Assembly: GCF_902459465.1 (NCBI RefSeq)
Contig: NC_047069.1
Location: 14,632,001 to 14,696,000, forward strand
Source of the DNA: Asterias rubens
Lineage: Eukaryota
Reading direction: 5' to 3'
Length of the DNA: 64,000 nucleotides
Of the stretch, positions 61,131 to 64,000 are shown piece by piece; the first letter of the stretch is position 1; every line of letters starts with the position of its first letter. Made by a program: the position numbers and the translations under genes. The notes beneath the pieces were generated by a model. The model was not told where the DNA came from, ran no database searches, and saw only the letters and a program-made list of their open reading frames with translations.

Positions 61131-62473
61131 AGTAAAACAAAAAATTGAAAAACGAAAAGTAACTGTCACTTTTCTCTCAGTAGCCCTGGATTTCACACTG
61201 GACCGCAGGCCTTGTTTTGTGTCAATTGAACAATAATACCTCTCTTTATTATTATTTCAAATTAGCAAAACACTTCTGTTCAAATGTTGACTTTGAGTCG
61301 GATAACATAAACAGTTTAGGTTTACTTGTTAAACATTATAGGAAGGTCTTTCTCATTAAGATTCTGGTCTTTGTAAAAAGATAAATCGATTATTGTCCGG
61401 TAAAACCTTGGAGCAAATGGCACTTTGTCTTTCGTATTTTACCCAAAAAGCAATCCCTGGTGATAGCATTTCAGGAAATAACTACTTCAAGTAAGGGAAT
61501 GATTCAACCTTATATTGACCATCCTAATCCCTAAACAAGTTATTGTACAACTCTGTGAATAATGTTTACTGTTCATCCACAAAATGTTATGCGCATGCAT
61601 TTGCCTATAGGTTACACAACCCCTCATGACCTCCCCAAACCAGTTTTCCCCGAAACAAAATTTGGCGGGTTTTACAGTTTATGATAATTGATTCCCCCTC
61701 CCCTTGAACCATTTTTCTGCTATGGTTGAATGAACTCCTGGATAGGACTACCAACGTTTACATCAGGGGTTGTAGTTTCTGGCGGTCTGCTGTTTATAAC
61801 AAAAAACCTACCCTATTAAAAACAAAGGTAAACAGTGTTAATTGAAGAATGTGGAAGTCGCGACTGATCGCAAAATATTATCGGTGCCTCCGAGCACGGT
61901 GGTCCCCAGTGGAGGAGAGTAACGACATGGGAGCATCTTCTTAAAAAATGTCTTGTTTAGATCACTGAGAAAAAGGGGATCCTTTCTCTGTGTTACGATC
62001 ATAGACAGACAGATCATAGATAAGTGGTTATAAAAGACCCGTCGCCGTCTTCTTTTATGTCCTAAAGTAAACTCGATAACAATATTAGAATTCTTGGGAG
62101 GAAAAAACACTCATGTGGATGGAATTTATGCTTGCTTTTTGCGACATTTTGACTGGAATGACAACCCAGTTTAATATGTTCAACTTAACCTGATGGTCTA
62201 TTCTTTCTGTTCTATATCGATGGTACAATAACTAAATAAATAAATATGTTATAAATAAATGATTGACGCACGTGGTTTTCTTCCTCAGGCTGTGGTTTAG
62301 TAATTTTAATAAATAACGGAAACTAATCAGCCTTTCATATCCATCTGTGTTTCAGTTTCCATTCTGAGGGGCGCCAGTACTGCAGGATCTTGTTCGTATT
62401 GGTTCAAGATTGTTTTTCTTGCGAAAATAGTGAAGAGTGAGATGGGCGATCCTAGTTGGTAAAAGGGCCTCTT

Positions 62474-62903
62474 TTAAAGGATTCGGGTACTTTTTCAAAA
62501 AGTCCACAAATTTACATTAAACTTACAGGGTTTGAAGATAATGATAGTGGAAAGCTTCCCTTCAAATATTACTAACTAAGGTTGTGTAGTTTTTGAGAAG
62601 TGAGTAAAACAAGTCACAAAATAGTTTTGGTCTCATGAGACCAAAATTATTTTAGCATGTAAAATCCCCTTAACCAGTTATGATATGTTACCAAAATCAT
62701 AGCAGAACTGATTAATACGTTTTTACATGCTAAAACTGAGACGAAAATTATTACTTTTACTCATTTTTGAAAAAACTACAGCACCTCATTAAGTAAAATT
62801 TCAAGGGAAGCTTTCTACTATCATAATCTTCAAACTGTGTAAGTTTAATGTATATCTGTGGACATTGTGTTTTTTGTTAGGAAAAAGTACATATACCCTT
62901 TAA
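62474..62903 (-). mobile_element. Family C TTAA-MITE
   Basis: Reverse-oriented homolog of 54983-55412, with TTAA on both sides. Confidence 0.85.
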
Positions 62904-63285
62904 AGGTAGTGAACACTATTGGTAATTACTCAAAAAAATTATTAGGATAAAAACTTACTTGGTGATGAGTAATGGGGAGCTGTTGATAGTTTAAAACATT
63001 CTGAGAAACGGTCCCCTCTGAAGTAACGTAGTTTTCGAGAAAGAAGTAATTTCCCACGAATTTGATTTCGATATCTCATATTTAGAATTTGGGGTCTCGA
63101 AATCAAGCATCTGAAAACACACAACTTCGTATAACAAGGGTGTTTTTTCTTTCATTATTATCTCGGAACTTCGACGACCAATTGAGCTCAAATTTTCACA
63201 GGTTTGTTATTTTATGCATATGTTGAGATACACCAAGCGAGAAGACTGGTCTTTGACAATTACCAAAAGTGTCCAGTGTCTTTAA
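62900..63285 (-). mobile_element. Family A MITE sharing its left TTAA with the adjacent family C element
   Basis: ...ataccct|TTAA|aggtagtgaacac...gtccagtgtct|ttaa. Confidence 0.85.
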
Positions 63286-63681
63286 ATAATGCTTACCAAC
63301 CAAAAAACGATGTCACATAATATACAATCTCTGTCTGGTATCCTGATATGTTTTGCTTAGAGCTGGTATAGGCAATATCAGAACATGGGCCTTTGGAAGT
63401 TTCAAGCGAAACAATTCCATTGATCCAGTTTTCGATAAACTCACGAACGACACGTGAAATAGCTCACTGATTATATTTGGCGATCAACATTTTGAAAACA
63501 AGAAAAATGTTTATGTTCAGCTGGGACGTGCTCGTTCATAACGACTTGATTTCCATTTACGGAAATAGCAATGCTTCCAAGATTGTGTATTCCAACTGCA
63601 GTTTATTCTTCCTGAGTGGACATAACTGCTCCATATTTTCGGGAGTATCCCGAAAACGCTACCATGTTTTGAAATGAATTT

Positions 63682-64000
63682 TTAAAGACACTGGACACTA
63701 TTGGTAATATTGTCAAAGACAAGTCTTCTCACTTGGTGTATCTCAACATATGCATAAAATAACAAACCTGTGAAATTTTGAGCTCAATTGGTCATCGAAA
63801 TTACGAGATAATAATGAAAGAAAAAACACCCTTGTCACACGAACTTGTGTGCTTTCAGATACTTGATTTCAAGACCTCATATTCGAACTTGAGGTCTCGA
63901 AATCAAATTCGTGGAAAATTACTTCTTTCTCGAAAACTACATCACTAGATGAGAGGGAGCCGTTTCACACAATGTTTTATACTATCAACCGGTCCCCATT
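63682..64000 (+). mobile_element. Family A MITE running off the window end
   Basis: TTAA|agacactggacac..., colinear with the other copies up to base 64000. Confidence 0.85.

Noticed and set aside
38110-63191. Recurrent similar ORFs (MSSIGRRSCEII..., ...LQREPFLTMF...)
   Set aside because: These are translations of family A MITE copies. They are short, variable in frame and not a transposase.
1-64000. Horizontally acquired or bacterial-type operon or defence system
   Set aside because: There is no gene-dense segment, no long unexplained ORF and no prokaryotic signal anywhere in the window.

Overview
This is AT-rich animal genomic DNA. I infer a sea star (Asterias-like) from the repeat families, recognised from memory and not verified. 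There is no prokaryotic system, CRISPR array, rRNA or intact tRNA. The one confident gene is Sprouty on the minus strand: CDS 9787-10572, 261 aa, with an intronless coding region. It has a Cbl-TKB motif (NEYVYEP), a Ser-rich patch and a Cys-rich SPR domain, with a splice acceptor 36 nt upstream of the ATG. The rest of the window is probably its regulatory and intronic territory. Candidates there are non-coding minus-strand exons (19.6, 49.5, 52.3 kb), a CArG+ETS module at 13.5 kb and a CRE/TATA cluster at 51.5-53.6 kb. About 22 TTAA-flanked, AG...CT-ended (Kolobok/T2-type) MITEs of three families lie between 17.8 and 64 kb, and none lie before 17.8 kb. Also present are CWG-target Harbinger-like MITEs, a pogo-like-TIR satellite, a decayed Ty3/Gypsy element with an LTR, a CR1-like LINE relic and a Penelope-like relic with a hammerhead ribozyme motif. 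I cannot support a new multi-gene system. The best leads are recurrent non-standard TE junctions, Sprouty's uATGs and C-terminal ITIM-like tail, and a few orphan exon-like segments. Coordinates were counted by hand; relic boundaries are approximate.
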